DNA of 35,858 nucleotides, from NCBI GenBank assembly GCA_046260155.1, contig JBJYXV010000101.1, forward strand, positions 1 through 35,858, written 5' to 3'. This document shows, in pieces, positions 35,527-35,858 of the stretch. The notes beneath the pieces were generated by a model. It searched no databases. It saw nothing but the letters and a program-made list of their open reading frames with translations, and had not been told where the DNA came from. Each line of letters begins with the position of its first letter. Position 1 is the first letter of the stretch. The position numbers and the translations under genes were made by a program. Source of the DNA: Anaerolineales bacterium. Its GTDB lineage: Bacteria > Chloroflexota > Anaerolineae > Anaerolineales > UBA4823.

Positions 35527-35593
35527 AAACCAGGTCAATACAAGAAACTCATCTTGTGCATTCAAATCGAAGAAAAAACATTGAGGTGTAAAA

Positions 35594-35858
35594 ATGATTC
35601 AAAAAAAATTGAAAATCTTGCCCTGGAAGGAGGCGGCGTCTGGGGGATTGCGTATGCTGGCGCGATCGAGGAACTGGAAAAAGCTGGTGTTTTGGGAGGA
35701 ATAAAACGTGTTGCCGGCACTTCGGCAGGTTCAATCGTTGCGCTTTTATTGGCACTTGGCTATGGCAGCAACGATATTTCGAGGATTGTCGCTCAATTAG
35801 ATTTTACGAACTTTATGGATAATCACAGCGTTAAGCAGCTTTTTTCAAACTACGGTCT
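35594..35858 (+). CDS. patatin-like phospholipase, N-terminal part (runs off the window); apparent +1 frameshift in an A8 tract just after the start codon
   Basis: ATG at 35594 with SD GAGGTG 5 nt upstream. The patatin frame, open from 35527 to the window end, reads ...KKIENLALEGGGVWGIAYAGAIEELEKAGVLGGIKRVAGTSAGSIVALLLALGYG (oxyanion GGGxxG and nucleophile GTSAG). That frame is offset by +1 from the ATG across aaaaaaaa (35601-35608). Confidence 0.6.

Overview
A 35.9-kb chromosomal segment of about 55% GC. Lipobox signal peptides ending ...SGC or ...TAC and Pro/Thr-rich linkers suggest a Chloroflexi-like (Anaerolineae-type) monoderm bacterium. About 34 protein-coding genes and 2 tRNAs are supported.

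Genes, left to right:
- Two paralogous membrane-anchored alpha/beta hydrolases flanking a DoxX-like gene. One hydrolase has GHAFGG in place of the GHSLGG nucleophile motif.
- A 7.4-kb minus-strand operon (2815-10242): 283-aa unknown protein, Zn-ribbon/HTH protein, class I O-methyltransferase, FecB/BtuF-like binding lipoprotein, FecE-like ATPase, FecCD permease, TsaA/TrmO-like protein, NAD-dependent epimerase and FwdE-like Zn-ribbon protein. A Fur-family regulator is transcribed divergently, across an AT-rich intergenic region with a 7-6-7 inverted repeat.
- A GH32 beta-fructosidase lipoprotein, then tRNA-Val(TAC) on the minus strand.
- RpiR regulator, FAH-family hydrolase, a Pro/Thr-rich membrane protein, a B3/4-domain protein, a family-5 substrate-binding lipoprotein and the pseudouridine catabolism genes psuK-psuG.
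- A 1405-aa LVIVD-repeat membrane protein whose C-terminal domain is repeated as a separate 518-aa membrane protein, both translationally coupled to psuK.
- A DUF362 / UPF0104 flippase-like / PHP-domain trio, then tRNA-Leu(TAA) followed by a 760-bp AT-rich non-coding tract.
- SulP sulfate permease with an overlapping DUF2252 gene, a small hypothetical protein, and a patatin-like phospholipase whose start appears frameshifted in an A8 tract.

Mobile-DNA signatures: the 3' 37 nt of tRNA-Val is duplicated 12.8 kb away, next to the displaced tRNA terminator, and a second diverged copy lies 2.9 kb from the tRNA. Both copies are fused to the same conserved ~103-nt module, and an IS30-family transposase C-terminal remnant abuts the second copy. 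This is consistent with one or two degraded tRNA-Val-integrated islands carrying the Fur/ABC-uptake operon and the GH32 gene. No CRISPR array or rRNA was seen.
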